Of a stretch of 64,000 nucleotides of DNA, positions 36,891 through 50,516 are shown one piece after another. A program made the translations under genes and the position numbers. This DNA comes from Octopus vulgaris (lineage: Eukaryota): contig OX597833.1 in assembly GCA_951406725.2 (NCBI GenBank), forward strand, positions 46,748,001 through 46,812,000. The letters run 5' to 3'. The notes under the pieces were generated by a model. The model made no database searches. It was not told the origin of the DNA and was given only the letters and a program-made list of their open reading frames with translations. The first letter of the stretch is position 1. Each line of letters begins with the position of its first letter.

Positions 36891-37539
36891 ATATATATAT
36901 ATATATATATTTATATCAATGGGCAGGTACGTGTGTGTGTGTGCATGTGTGCACACTTGCACATTACATACACAGAGTGACATATGTGAGAATGGGTAGC
37001 TGCATGTGCACTAGATGCATATATGTCTGTGTGAATGAATAGGTATCTGTGTGTGTGTGTGTGTGTGTGTGTGTGGTTTTATATACAGATGTGTGAATGA
37101 ATAATGAATATATTTTTCACTTGTTTCAGTCATTGGACTGTGGCCATGCTGGGGCACCACTTTGAAGAGTTTTAGTAGAATACATCGACCCCAACTAATT
37201 TTTATTTCCCCCCTTTTGAGTCCAGTACTTATTCTAACGGTTTCTTTTGTTGAACCGCTAAATCACAGAAACATAAACAAACCAACACTGGTTGTCAAGC
37301 AGTGCCAGGGACACACACAAAAGATGACAATCCTTTTTCAGTGTGTCAGCTATCAAGTCCACTCACAAGGCTTTGGTTGGCCTAAGTCTATAGCAGAAGA
37401 CGTTTGCCCATGGTACTACGCAGTGGACTGAACGTGGAACCATGTGGTTGAGAAGCTAACTTCTAACCACACAGCCATGTCTGTGCCAGCATGTCATATG
37501 TGTGTGTGTGTGTGAACATGTGAGAATGAATGTGCACAA

Positions 37540-37540
37540 T

Positions 37541-37582
<42 letters not shown>

Positions 37583-37935
37583 TATATATATATATATACA
37601 CACATATATATACATATATATATACACATATATATATACATATATATACACACACATATATACACACATATATACACACATATATATACACATATATATA
37701 TACACATATATACACACATATATATACACATATATACACATATATACACACACATATATACACACACATATATACACACATATATACACATATATATATA
37801 CACATATATATATATACACATATATATACACACACATATATATACACATATATATATACATATATATATATACACAAATATATATACATATATATATACA
37901 TATATATATACACATATATATACATATATATATAT

Positions 37936-37979
<44 letters not shown>

Positions 37980-38088
37980 TATATATACATATATATATAC
38001 ATATATATATATACATATATATATACATATATATATATACAATATATATATATACATATATATATACATATATATATACATATATATA

Positions 38089-38126
<38 letters not shown>

Positions 38127-38258
38127 ATATATATACATATACATACACACACATTTATACACAAAGTATATTTGTATATGTATATATAGAAGTATATATA
38201 TATATATATATATATACAAACACACATATATATGTATGTATATATAGATATAAATATA

Positions 38259-38289
<31 letters not shown>

Positions 38290-38294
38290 GTATG

Positions 38295-38338
<44 letters not shown>

Positions 38339-38340
38339 CA
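37540..38340. repeat. 800-bp (TA/CA)n microsatellite field
   Basis: Direct. Confidence 0.95.
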
Positions 38341-38404
38341 TATGTGTAATCCAGCAGTTAAGGCTGATTACTTTATAATATACCAAAGATACACACACAT
38401 GCAC

Positions 38405-38447
<43 letters not shown>

Positions 38448-38741
38448 TTTGTATAACAAGCCTAATAATACCTCTCCATTTAGAATTGCCAAAATGCATA
38501 AAGAAAAAAAGAAGCACAAGAAAACAGGAAAAAGACGAAGACGGGGATTGATATATCTATTGTGAATATTTTCTATAACAAGTGCAGCAGAATAGATTTT
38601 AACTTACAGGCTTACAGGTGCTTCATCACTTAAAAAATTATATTTACACACATACATACATATATGCACACACATAGACATATATATATATATATACACA
38701 CACACAGACACACATGCATACATGCACACATATACATACAC

Positions 38742-38788
<47 letters not shown>

Positions 38789-38959
38789 AACACACATACA
38801 TACATGCACATATACACACATACATACATGCACACATATACACACACATACATATACACATACATGCACACATATACACAAACACATACATGCACACACA
38901 TACATGCACACATATACACACAAGCACACATACATGCACACACACAAACACACATACAT

Positions 38960-38996
<37 letters not shown>

Positions 38997-39005
38997 AACA
39001 CACAA

Positions 39006-39052
<47 letters not shown>

Positions 39053-39789
39053 CTATACATTTTCACACATGTATTAGATGATGAAGATAGTAATGATAAT
39101 TAAATCTGTGTGCGTGTGTGTGTGTGTGTGTGTCGGTGAATGTGTCAGTCTGCACATGTGTGCATATGTGTAGGAGTGAATTAAGAAGAAATTGGCGGTG
39201 TAGAGAATAGCAAAGAGAGAAATTACATAAAACACAAGAAAGAAAGGGTGATGGTGTCGATGCCATGAACAATGTTGGTGGTGCCAGTGGAGAAAGGGTA
39301 TGCTGTAATTGTTAGCTCTGTCACATTGCCAAATACTGGGTTTTTGGATTCAACATATGCCAATATTCCTGGCACTATCCTTCTCTTCCAATGATCCAAT
39401 TGATTCCCCTTAATTTAAGTGTTACGCCTTATTAACTAAACACTACTCCTTCCCCGCAGCCACCATCAGAATATGAAGTACTTCTGTTAATTCATTTGCT
39501 AGTTTCAGTCATTGGACTATGGCTATGCTGGAGCACTGATGTGACAAGTGTAGCTGAACAAATTGACCTCAGTACTTAATTTTTTAAACTAAAGTTTGGT
39601 GTTTATTCCATCAGCCCCTTTCTTGTTGAATGGCTAAACTGAAAGGATATAAACAAACCAATACCAATTTTCAAGCGGTGTGCTAGGGACAAAGCGGCAG
39701 GCAGACAGACAGGCAGGCAGGCAGAGACACACACACAAACACACACAGTGGATTTTCCTCTCATTCAACAATTGATGGGGTTTTAACAA

Positions 39790-40942
39790 TTTCTTATTTC
39801 TTTATTGCCTACAAGGGGCTAAACATAGAAGGGACAAACAAGGACAGACAAAAGGATTAAGTTGATTACATCAATCCCAGTGCATAACTGGTACTTAATT
39901 TATCGACCTCGAAAGGATGAAAGGCAAAGTCGACCTTGGCAGAATTTGAACTCAGAACGTAATGTCAGACGAAATACCTATTTCTTTACTACCCACAAGG
40001 GGCTAAACACAGATGGGACAAACAAGGACAGACAAAGGGATTAAGTTGATTACATCGACCCCAGTGTGTAACTGGTACTTAATTTATCAACCCTGAAAGG
40101 ATGAAAGGCAAAGTCGACCTCGGCGGAATTTGAACTCAGAACATAGTGACAGACGAAATACCTATTTCTTTACTACCCACAAGGGGCTAAACACAGAAGG
40201 GACAAACAAGGACAGACAAAGCGATAAGTTGATTACATCGACCCCAGTGTGTAACTGGTACTTAATTTATCGACCTCGAAAGGATGAAAGGCAAAGTTGA
40301 CCTTGGCGGAATTTGAACTCAGAACGTAATGTCAGACGAAATACCTATTTCTTTACTACCCACAAGGGGCTAAACACAGAAGGGACAAACAAGGACAGAC
40401 AAAGGGATTAAGTTGATTACATCAACCCCAGTGTGTAACTGGTACTTAATTTATCAACCCTGAAAGGATGAAAGGTAAAGTCGACCTCGGCAGAATTTGA
40501 ACTCAGAACGTAATGTCAGACGAAATACCTATTTCTTTACTACCCACAAGGGGCTAAACACAGAAGGGACAAACAAGGACAGACAAAAGGATTAAGTTGA
40601 TTACATCAATCCCAGTGCATAACTGGTACTTAATTTATCGACCTCGAAAGGATGAAAGGCAAAGTTGACCTTGGCGGAATTTGAACTCAGAACGTAATGT
40701 CAGACGAAATACCTATTTCTTTACTACCCACAAGGGGCTAAACACAGAAGGGACAAACAAGGACAGACAAAGGGATTAAGTTGATTACATCAACCCCAGT
40801 GTGTAACTGGTACTTAATTTATCAACCCTGAAAATATGAAAGGCAAAGTCGACCTCGGCGGAATTTGAACTCAGAACATAGTGACAGACGAAATACCACT
40901 AGGCATTTCACCCGGTGTGCTAACATTTCTGCCAGCTCGCTG
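39790..40942 (-). repeat. Tandem array of 6 x 184-bp family-B SINE bodies behind one head
   Basis: aacaaggacagaca recurs at 39837, 40021, 40205, 40388, 40572 and 40756; single head at ~40900-40942. Confidence 0.95.
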
Positions 40943-41274
40943 TCTTTTAATGTTTTCTGCTGAACAACCACATGGATGATTTGTTTATAGTGATGAGATG
41001 TTAGTGCTGACATATGCTCACTCCTTCCATCAAGTCGACATTTGCCTGTACTGGTGCACAAGTGTGCTGCACATTAAATGTCGAAATGATTGCAAAGCAA
41101 TGTAAAATGAAGTGTTTTGCTCAAGGCCACAATGCACCGCCCAGTCTGGGAATCAGAACTATGAACTTGCAATCATGAGTGCAAAACCTCAACCACTAGG
41201 CCATATGCCTTTACTAAGGTGTAAATGTGCATGTGTGTGTGAGTGTGTGTGCATGTGAGTGCGTGTATTTATAT

Positions 41275-41671
41275 ACTCTTTTACTCTTTTACTTGTTTCA
41301 GTCATTTTGACTGCGGCCATGCTGGAGCACCGCCTTTAGTCGAGCAAATCGACCCCGGGACTTATTCTTTGTAAGCCCAGTACTTATTCTATCGGTCTCT
41401 TTTGCCGAACCGCTAAGTGACGGGGACGTAAACACACCAGCATCGGTTGTCAAGCAATGCTAGGGGGACAAACACACACACACACACACACATACATACA
41501 CATATACATATATACGACAGGCTTCTTTCAGTTTCCGTCTACCAAATCCACTCACAAGGCATTGGTCGGCCCGGGGCTATAGCAGAAGACACTTGCCCAA
41601 GATGCCACGCAGTGGGACTGAACCCGGAACCATGTGGTTGGTTAGCAAGCTAAATACCACACAGCCACTCC
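41275..41671 (-). mobile_element. Family-A SINE
   Basis: Consensus match. Confidence 0.9.
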
Positions 41672-41919
41672 CATCAAACATGTGTAAGCATTCAGTTTTT
41701 ACCTTGAATGACCTGCACTATTGATATGTTTATAATGATCAAATGTCCGTGCCACACGTCAGGTGTCAAAGTGAAACGAAGCGTTTTATTAAAAAATCAC
41801 GACCACTGGATCAGGAGTGCAACACCTAACTACTAGGTCATGCATCCTCACATGTGTGTGTATGTGTGTGTGTGTGTGTGCGTATTAGAAGATTTGAAGG
41901 TTACGTACAGGTATTATAT

Positions 41920-42413
41920 ATTAGAAGAAATCAGGTACTCAGAAATCTGGATGGTTTTACATTTACAGATTTTTATTAATATGTCACATGTTTTTATAAA
42001 TCATATATTAGTGCTTGCATCTACTCTAGTAGAATCTTCAGATCTGGAGATTCTGGAGGTTCTCTAGTAGAAATCTGGAGATTCTACTAGAGTAGATGTA
42101 AGCACTAATATATGATTTATAAAAACATGTGACATAGGCGCAGGAGTGGCTGTGTGATAAGTAGCTTGCTAACCAACCACATGGTTCCGGGTTCAGTCCC
42201 CACTGCGTGGCATCTTGGGCAAATGTCTTCTGCTATAGCCCCGGGCCGACCAATGCCTTGTGAGTGGATTTGGTAGACGGAAACTGAAAGAAGCCTGTCG
42301 TATGTATGTATCTATTTTTATATGTGTGTGTGTTTGTGTGTCTGTGTTTGTCCCCCTAGCATTGCTTGACAACTGATGCTGGTGTAGTTGCTCGATAAAC
42401 TGGCCTTCCCCCA

Positions 42414-42446
<33 letters not shown>

Positions 42447-42710
42447 CATCATCATCATCATCATCGTTTATTGTAAAAACCATCCAGATTTCTGAGTACC
42501 TTATTTCTTCGAGAGAGAGAGAGAGAGAGAGTGTGTGTGTGTGTGTGTTAAAATGGGGGAAGGCCAGTTTATGGGATTACCGTAGGTTTTCCGTCCATAA
42601 AGGGTAATCCCATAAACCAGCCTTCCCCATTTTTAATATATCCTGCTCTATATCTTAGAGTGTGCTGCTTCTTTCGGATTTATGTTTTTTACAGACGATC
42701 CTATATATAA
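41920..42710. repeat. Nested inverted-repeat complex with a partial family-A SINE (42136-42388)
   Basis: 41987-42050 is inverted at 42073-42136; 41922-41960 is inverted at 42472-42510; 42548-42582 is inverted at 42603-42637 and partly at 42396-42420. Confidence 0.65.
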
Positions 42711-42902
42711 GCTTGGTGCACTAACCATTGAGCCATGCATCTTTATTACCCTTTATCCAATGTCTTTTCCTTTATTTAAGACAGTAAATTGTAATCTGAA
42801 GATGGCTTGGCTGCCATTTCTGGCATGTCAAGCGATTATGTAGAGACTTATTTTCATGCGACTAAGAGAGGTGCCTGTTTAACACAGGTATTCATCTCCA
42901 TA

Positions 42903-43135
42903 AAAGGCGGCGAGCTGGCAGAATCGTTAGCACGCCGGGCGAAATGCGTAGCCGTATTTCGTCTGTCGTTACGTTCTCAGTTCAAATTCCGCCGAGGTCG
43001 ACTTTGCCTTTCATCCTTTCGGGGTCGATAAATAAAGTACCAGTTACGCATTGGGGTCGATGTAATCGACTTAATACCTATGTCTGTCCTTGTTTGTCCC
43101 CTCTGTGTTTAGCCCCTTGTGGGTAATAAAGAAAT
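42903..43135 (+). mobile_element. Family-B SINE with TSD
   Basis: 17-bp TSD aggtattcatctccata (42886-42902 / 43136-43152). Confidence 0.92.
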
Positions 43136-43272
43136 AGGTATTCATCTCCATACCTGTTCAGCCCTGATCAAGCAAGGTATATGATCATAAATGTTAAGAT
43201 GTGGAAGAGAGAAGAAAGGTTGCAGCCTAAAGACCTTTGATTAAAGGCATTCCAGGCATGACTATGCCATCT

Positions 43273-43510
43273 TATTTTATTTTTTTTTATTTCATCTAGT
43301 TTCAGCTCACGAACTGTGGCCATGCTGGGGCACCGCCATTTGGTGTTGCTACATAATTTTACTTCACGAATGCTTTTTAGCTATTGACATTTGGTGCATG
43401 AGAGAGTTCGATGCAGCTGCCCTCATCTGCACTTCCTGCCGCGAAGTTGGTTCATCTGGGACACCTGACAGGAAGAGGTTCAGCTTTATTTTGAAGACAC
43501 CTACATCCAT
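43273..43510 (-). mobile_element. Second 5'-truncated copy of the same CR1/L2-group LINE 3' end
   Basis: Near-identical to 1500-1715. Confidence 0.8.
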
Positions 43511-43671
43511 CTATGTATTTTGTTATTTATCTCTAAATTGTCCAATGTATCTTTTCTCTTACTGAAGAAGGTAGGGTGTAAAGATGACCCTTGCAACAAG
43601 TATGGAAAAGAAGACATTGAATGATGATGGTGGTGGTGTTGATGTTTATGATGATGATGTTGGTAAAGTGT

Positions 43672-43880
43672 TACTCTTTACTCATTACTCTTTTACTTGT
43701 TTCAGTCATGTGACTGTGGCCATGCTGGAGCACTGCCTTTAGTCCAGCAAATTAACCCCAGGACTTATTCTTTGTAAGCCTAGTACTTATTCTATCGGTC
43801 TCTTTTTCTGAACTGCTAAGTTATGGGAACGTAAACACACCAGCATCGGTTGTCAAGCAATGTTGGGGGGACAAACACAA

Positions 43881-43926
<46 letters not shown>

Positions 43927-44100
43927 ACATATATACGATGGGCTTCTTTCAGTTTCTGTCTACCAAATCCACTCACAAAGCTTTGGTCGGCCTGAGGCAG
44001 TAGTAGAAGACACTTGCCCAAGGTGCCACGCAGTGGGACTGAACCCGGAACCATGTCGTTGGAAAGCAAGCTACTTACCACACAGCCACTCCTACGCCTA
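43672..44100 (-). mobile_element. Family-A SINE
   Basis: Consensus match. Confidence 0.9.
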
Positions 44101-44119
44101 TTCGTAGATAGGGAAATTA

Positions 44120-45110
44120 TTGTTGTTGTTGTTATAGCTTAGACTCTCAACCATTCCACTCATCAACTCTAGTTGACCCTGACTTAGCAGAGCTATGATC
44201 AAAATATTTTCGAGCCATGGCCAAGCTGACTTTTAGTCAGGCGTAATACATCGTTTAGTATAGCTAAAATTACATTATCTGCTGTATATTGTTGTTGCTG
44301 TTGTTTAGCCACAGGTCAAATCTTGACCAGACGAAGAAGACCTATGATCAAAAGTGTTCTAGCCATGACCATCCTTTCTCATCTAAGATATCATTCACAC
44401 TGTGTAGCTAGAACTACATTATCTAATGTGCTGCTGCTGTTTTTGTTTAACCAGAACCAGCTCTGAGCAAGTAGACCTATGATGAAAGGAGTTCCAGCAA
44501 TGACCATCCAGTCTTTTATTCAGATATTATTCAAACAGTGCAGCTAACATTATTGTTGTTGTTGTTTCTTAGCCATAGGTCATCTCTGTGGAGGTACATG
44601 GCCTAGTGGTTAGAGCAGCGGACTCGCGGTCAAGGGATTGCGGGTTCGAATCTCAGACCAGGCGATGTGTGTGTTTATGAGCGAAACACCAAAGCTCCAC
44701 GCGGCTCTGGCAGAAGATAATGACGAACTTCTGCTGACTCTTTTGCCACAACTTTCTCTCACTCTTTCCTCTTGCATCTTGCAGCTCACCTGCGACAGAC
44801 TGGCGTCCCGTCCAGGTGGGGAACCTATACGCCAAGGAAACCGGGAAACTGGCCCTTATGAGCCAGGCATGGCTCGAGAAGGAACAAACAAAACAAAAAA
44901 CATAGGTCATCTCTGAACAAAGAGAAATATGATCAAAGTTATTCTAACCATGAGCATCTTGTATTATATTCAGACATAGTCTACCTTGGGCTACACTATC
45001 TAGTATGTCCTTCACTTTTCAAAACAGCAGTATGCTATTTGAGAGCATGCTCTGGCTGCTATTTCTTATTGGAGGTCTATCGATCACCATAGCAGTTCAC
45101 TTGTTGACTC
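44120..45110 (+). repeat. Tandem ~120-bp units of dispersed family E (gacctatgatcaaa..ttccagc.atgaccatc), interrupted by a SINE
   Basis: Units near 44180, 44340, 44475 and 44925; dispersed copies at 2125-2310, 13460-13840, 14100-14270, 19895-20090 (-), 49860-49930 (-) and 57415-57850. Confidence 0.6.
44589..44900 (+). mobile_element. tRNA-derived SINE (head type 2, tail type 2 with V-domain-like segment)
   Basis: 15-bp TSD cataggtcatctctg (44574-44588 / 44901-44915); head as in 16333-16718; cctgcgacagactggcgtcccgtccaggtg segment. Confidence 0.85.
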
Positions 45111-46091
45111 ATGAAGTTCATAGTGTGGAGGTAAACACAGGTAAACAATCAAACACTTAAAAGTAACTGGTGTGTTGCACATACATGCACATGCAACTTA
45201 GAAGCACACACTTTAAAATACATACACACACAGACACATACTGTCAAATACACACACACATACATACATTTATTCACTATCACAATGTATGCACTCACTA
45301 TCATACACATGCATACAAATCTCACATACGCACACATTGTACTATGTTATGCATACACTATCACATATGCAAAAATGCATATAAACACTGTAAAACACAC
45401 ACACACACACAGTCAAACATACACACAGTCATTCATTGTCTCACACTCACACAGAGTCAAACACACACACACTCATTCACTGTCTCACACACACACATTC
45501 ATTCACTGTCTCACACATACACACACACTCACAATGCACTATCTTACACAGGCACAATCGTATACACATACATACATATATACATACATACATACATACA
45601 TACATACAACTACATACAAACATGTACACTGACACACACATGCATAGCTCAATAAAGGGGGGGGGGGACAACAAAGCCGAAAGAAAGAGAAAGGAGAAGG
45701 AGGAGGAGAGGCATAGGAGATTAAAGATGGAGGGAGCTGGAGCAGTGGAAATAATGAATGAAATATTGCATGAATGAACAAGTGAAAAGTTAACCAGGTA
45801 GTAACAGGTAGTAAGAGGTGGGGATGCGCAAATGAGACAGCGGATGTGGTAGGAAACTAGACATGAAGCAGCAGCAGTAGTAGTAGTTAGTACTAGTAGT
45901 AGATCAATACCAGTAATTATTGATTTACCAGTGAATGGTAACATGATGAGATATTACAACAGTCTTTACTATTGTTGTGATGGTGGTAGCAGCGGTGGTG
46001 GTTTATTTTTTTACTTTGTAGAGAAAAAGTTCCGAGTTTTGTTTGCTTGCTTGTTTGCCTCCACCATGCAGCATAAAACAAAAACGCACAC

Positions 46092-46132
<41 letters not shown>

Positions 46133-46177
46133 TATACATACATATATACACACACATATACATATATATATATATAT

Positions 46178-46425
46178 ACCGGAGTAAACACATAAATGTG
46201 AAACAAGGGGAAAAAAGAGAACTCAAATGCCAGGGGTAGAGTAATATGCTTTATTTAAAAGCAGCAAAAATTCAACAAAACCTGTTACTCGGAGTTTCAC
46301 GTTCCCGTTCGTCGGACAGTTTTTTTTTAACAAAACTATCCGACAAACTGTCCGACGAACGGGAATGGGAAACTCCGAGTAACAGGTTTTGTTGAATTTC
46401 TGCTGCTTTTAAATAAAGTATATAT
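46178..46425. mobile_element. Penelope-like foldback element with two inverted hammerhead motifs (CCGACGA core)
   Basis: Arms 46246-46324 / 46345-46423; HHR CTGT-CCGACGA-ACG-GGAA-CGT-GAAAC-TCCGA-GTA-ACAG on minus at 46319-46282 and on plus at 46348-46385. Confidence 0.75.
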
Positions 46426-46622
46426 ATTGATAAAAATGGTAAGACAACAAAAGAATGAAAGATATCTCGATATTATGTAAATAGAGGAATTTATCTGTAA
46501 TATGTGACAATTATTCAGTAACCATGATAAAACTCCGAGTTTCGGATGTCAGGGTGGAAATCCACACTGCCATCTCTTCAGTTATCCGACCATCGGAAAA
46601 AATACTATGAAAATGACCGTTT
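46425..46622 (-). mobile_element. Penelope-like fragment with hammerhead motif (same family as 21566-22125)
   Basis: GATAA-CTGAAGA-GATG..CATC-C-GAAAC-TCGGA-GTT-TTATC at 46586-46526. Confidence 0.65.
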
Positions 46623-46907
46623 TATATATATATATATATGCATACATATATGTATGTGTATATATATATATGTACAGACATATACATACATATATGTACA
46701 TATATATACATACATATATTTATACATATATGTACATATATATACATATGTATGTATAGAATTATAGGCAAGTTAACAGAGAAGGTCAATTTGTCATGTT
46801 CAAAGCACAGGAGCAATAAACACTAAGAGAACATAGAAAATAGATTCTATGAGACACCTAGAAGATTCTCCCCAAAATAGTCAATAGCATCGGTTACCTA
46901 GGTGAAT

Positions 46908-47414
46908 TAGCCTTTTAGTATTCAATCTGGCCAAATCTAACCCAGATATTCTACCTGTTTTATGTTCAAACCAGCTAGATCAGGCTTCTCACACCTACTC
47001 TACAATGTCATTCTAAAAGTAAACACTCACATCTTCAAAATCTCAAAGCTATGAGATAATGCACAATTAATTCAAAGCAAGAGGTAGTGAGTTTGAATCC
47101 TAGACTGGGTTGTATATTGTGTTCTTGAGCAAGACACTTTATTTCACATTGTTCCAGTTGTAGAAATCAGTTGCGATGTCACTGGTGCCAAGCTATATCA
47201 GCTTTTGCCTTTTCCTTGGGTAACATTGGTGGTGTGAAGCGGGGAGGTTTTTATGCATGGGTGACTGCTGGACTTCCATAAAAAACCTTACTCAAACTTG
47301 TGCCTTGGAGGGGAAACTTTCTAGGTTCAATCCCATGGTCATTCACGACCGAAGGGGGTCTTAACTCTTTTACCTTTTACATATGACACAACAATGTGAA
47401 CACTAAAGGGTTAA
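46908..47414. mobile_element. Decayed piggyBac-type MITE interrupted by a CORE-like SINE (~47080-47365)
   Basis: ttagccttttagtattc ... cactaaagggttaa ends; the insert matches 49317-49620. Confidence 0.5.
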
Positions 47415-47944
47415 TTATTTGAAGAGTTCATAACTCAGAAAGTATAGCAACCAGAGTAAGAACAGGCTGGAAACCATGGTGCTAATCTTCATACTCCTTT
47501 GTCATATTCATTGAGAGCTGTAACACCTTGAAATCACTCTTCACCATTTCATCTAAAAACCCTTTACTCAGTCCCCCTCTTCCACAGGTTCCATTCACTG
47601 TGAGTGTTTCACACTTCCTTATTCAGCTGTCATCCTTCACGTACATAACACACTCATATCTTCACAATCTTCTCTCTAACACATTACACTTTATTCCCTT
47701 TATACCCATTTTTCTTTTTCTCAGCTCATTTATTATTCTGTTGCTCATACACACTAAATTTACATATCTAGCAGAACATATTTGTTTCTATTTCTGTTTT
47801 GCCTATGCTAAACATTTGCATTCGTGTCTCACTACCATGCAGGATCACAATTCAAGCACAAGCCTCGCACAATCAATCTTAAAGAAATACTTTGTAGCCG
47901 GTAGAATTATTAATCTCTACTGGTCAAAGCCTTGTGAGCATTGT

Positions 47945-48730
47945 TTTACTCTTTTAATTGTTTCAGTCATTTGACTGTGGCCATGCTGGAGCACCACCAT
48001 TAGTCAAACAAATCGACTCCAGGACTTTTTCTTTGTAAGCCTAGCACTTATTCTATCAGTCTGTTTTACCGAACCGCTAAATTACGGGGATGTAAACATA
48101 CCAGTATCGGTTGTCAAGCTATTTGGGGGGGAGGGGACAAACACAGACACAAACATACACACACACATACATATACATATATATACATGTATATACGACG
48201 GGCTTCTTTCAGTTTCCTTCTACCAAATCTACTCACAAGGCTTTGATTGGCCCGAGGCTATAGTAGAAGACACTTGCCGAAGGTGCCACACAGTGGGACC
48301 GAACCTGGAACCATGCAGTTCGTAAGTTTTTATAATTGGTGAGCTTGCATCATATCTTATAGGTGCAAGTGTGGCTGTGTGGTAAGAAGCTGGCTCCGTA
48401 ACCTCATGGTTCCAGGTTCAATCCCACTGCATGGCACATTGGGCAAGTGTCTTCTACTATAGCCTCGAGTTGATCAAATCCTCGTGAGTGGATTTGGTAC
48501 ACAGAAACTGAAAGAAGCTCGTATGTGTGTATGTGTGTGCTTGTCCCCCACCACTGCTTGACAACCAGTGTTGGTGTGTTTACATACCCGTAACTTAGTG
48601 GTTCAGCAAAAGAGACCAATAGAGCAAGTACTGGGGTTGATTCATTTGACTAAAAAAGAAATTCCTCAAGGCGATGCTCCAGCATGGCCGCAGTCTAACG
48701 ACTGAAACGGGTAAGAATATAAGAGAATAA
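47945..48730. mobile_element. Head-to-head family-A SINE pair (47945-48326 minus, 48360-48730 plus)
   Basis: Consensus matches in opposite orientation. Confidence 0.85.
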
Positions 48731-49316
48731 GTGATGTGTCTTGAAAGAAATTCAGTTATAAATAAGAGCTGATAATTCGTTGCATTAGAAACTCCTTGGA
48801 TAGGAAAGAAAAGGCAGAAAGCTGCCAGCCAAATATGTACCATGCATACTCTGTAAACCAGATGTACTAGCAATTACAGCAAAGAAAATCTCATTTGTCT
48901 TCTATTAAATTAAATGGTTTAATCGTATCAGCAAGAAAGATTGGGTAACAGAAGATGCATGGTCCATGTCCTGCAGACAGCTTTTTGCCTTTTTACCATT
49001 CCAAGGGAATTTTAATCCAAAGTATCATAAGCTATACATAGCGGTATTTATTTATTTATAGCTGAATTTGCTTCAAGACACATTATCTTGAATATCCATT
49101 TACGCACACACACTCAAACACATAAGTATAAATGTGTATATACTGAATTTCTATACATATAGGTACAGACATGGATGTGTAATTCAGAAGATTACTTCCC
49201 AACCATGTGGTCTTATGTTCAGTCCTATTGCACAGCATCTTGGGCAAGTGTCTTCTACTATAGCTGAGGCATAATGAATAATATTGCCTTTTACATATAT
49301 ATATATATATATATAT

Positions 49317-49620
49317 GTGAAGGCGCATGGCTAGTGGTTAGAGCATCGAGCTTACAATCGTGAGGTTGTGAGTTCGAATCCCGGACTGGGCTGCGTGCTG
49401 TGTTCTTGAGCAAGACACTTTATTTCACGTTGCTCCAGTTCACTCAGCTGTATCAGCCGTTGCCTTTCCTTTGGATAACACTTGTGGCATGGAGAGGGAA
49501 GACCGGTATGCATGGGTGACTGCTAGTCTTCCAAAAACATCATTGCTTGGACTTGTGCCTGGGAGGGTAACTTTCTAGGTGCAATCCCATGGTCAGTCAT
49601 GACCGAAGGGGGGTTTCGGC
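49317..49620 (+). mobile_element. tRNA-derived CORE-like SINE (head type 1, tail type 3)
   Basis: A box tggctagtgg, B box gagttcgaatcc, tgttcttgagcaagacactt; distinct tail ctttctaggtgcaatcccatggtc. Confidence 0.8.
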
Positions 49621-50516
49621 ATATATATATATATATATATATAAGTGCTGGTGCCATGTAAAAGTGGTCGTGCGGTGCCACTCAACACACTCTATAAAGT
49701 GGTTGGTGTTAGGGAGAACATCCAACTGTAGAAACCATGACCAGTCACACTGGATTCTGGTGCAGCTTACCAGCTCTGGCCAACCATCCGACAGATACGA
49801 ACATGAACAATGGACGTTAAATGATGACGATGATATATACTATGCCTGAAAATACAATATGGGATGGTCACAGCCGGAATGCTTTTGATCAAAGCTCTAC
49901 TGATCAGAGCTGGCCTAGAGTTAAACAACAACTCAACTTGATCCAGATGGGATTTGAAACACAGAAAAAACACAGAACATAAAAGAACATATCTAAATAC
50001 TGCTAAGGTATATATCTGTACACTACTCTACTAGCAGCAGTAGGTTATTAAAACTTATTTTTTGAAGTCAAAAAGGATAAGCTAATCTTGCAAAGGATAA
50101 ATATCAAAGTCATCCTGGGTGGTATTTCTAAAATAGATATCACAAAAATAGATATCAACTGGTAACAAGTCTTTCTCTTATCTTATTGGCCCTCCTGAGA
50201 GATAGACGATAGCTCACAGGAGAATTTGAACTCAGAAAATTTGAGGTACTGAACTTGAACTCGATAGCATAAAGTAACGAACCAGACTTATTTTGTCAAT
50301 CGATTCTCCTGAGGAATGAAAAGACAATATAAGACCTCAATGCAAAACTACTAGAACAGTATGTTAACAGCAACACTACTTATGACTATGGCAGTATGTA
50401 ATGACTACACTACTTCATGTACCCTAGAAACAACACAGCATTAATATTTAACTTGAACTCAGCTTATGTATATGTACATCGTAAGTTCAAATACTATTAG
50501 AGCCACTGTTGTGTCT

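Noticed and set aside
39790-40942. CRISPR-like regular array
   Set aside because: Units are fully repeated SINE bodies with no unique spacers; eukaryotic context with no cas genes.
45660-46080. TE-free island with an octamer-like atgcgcaaat, possible enhancer
   Set aside because: A single imperfect motif; no support without conservation or chromatin data.
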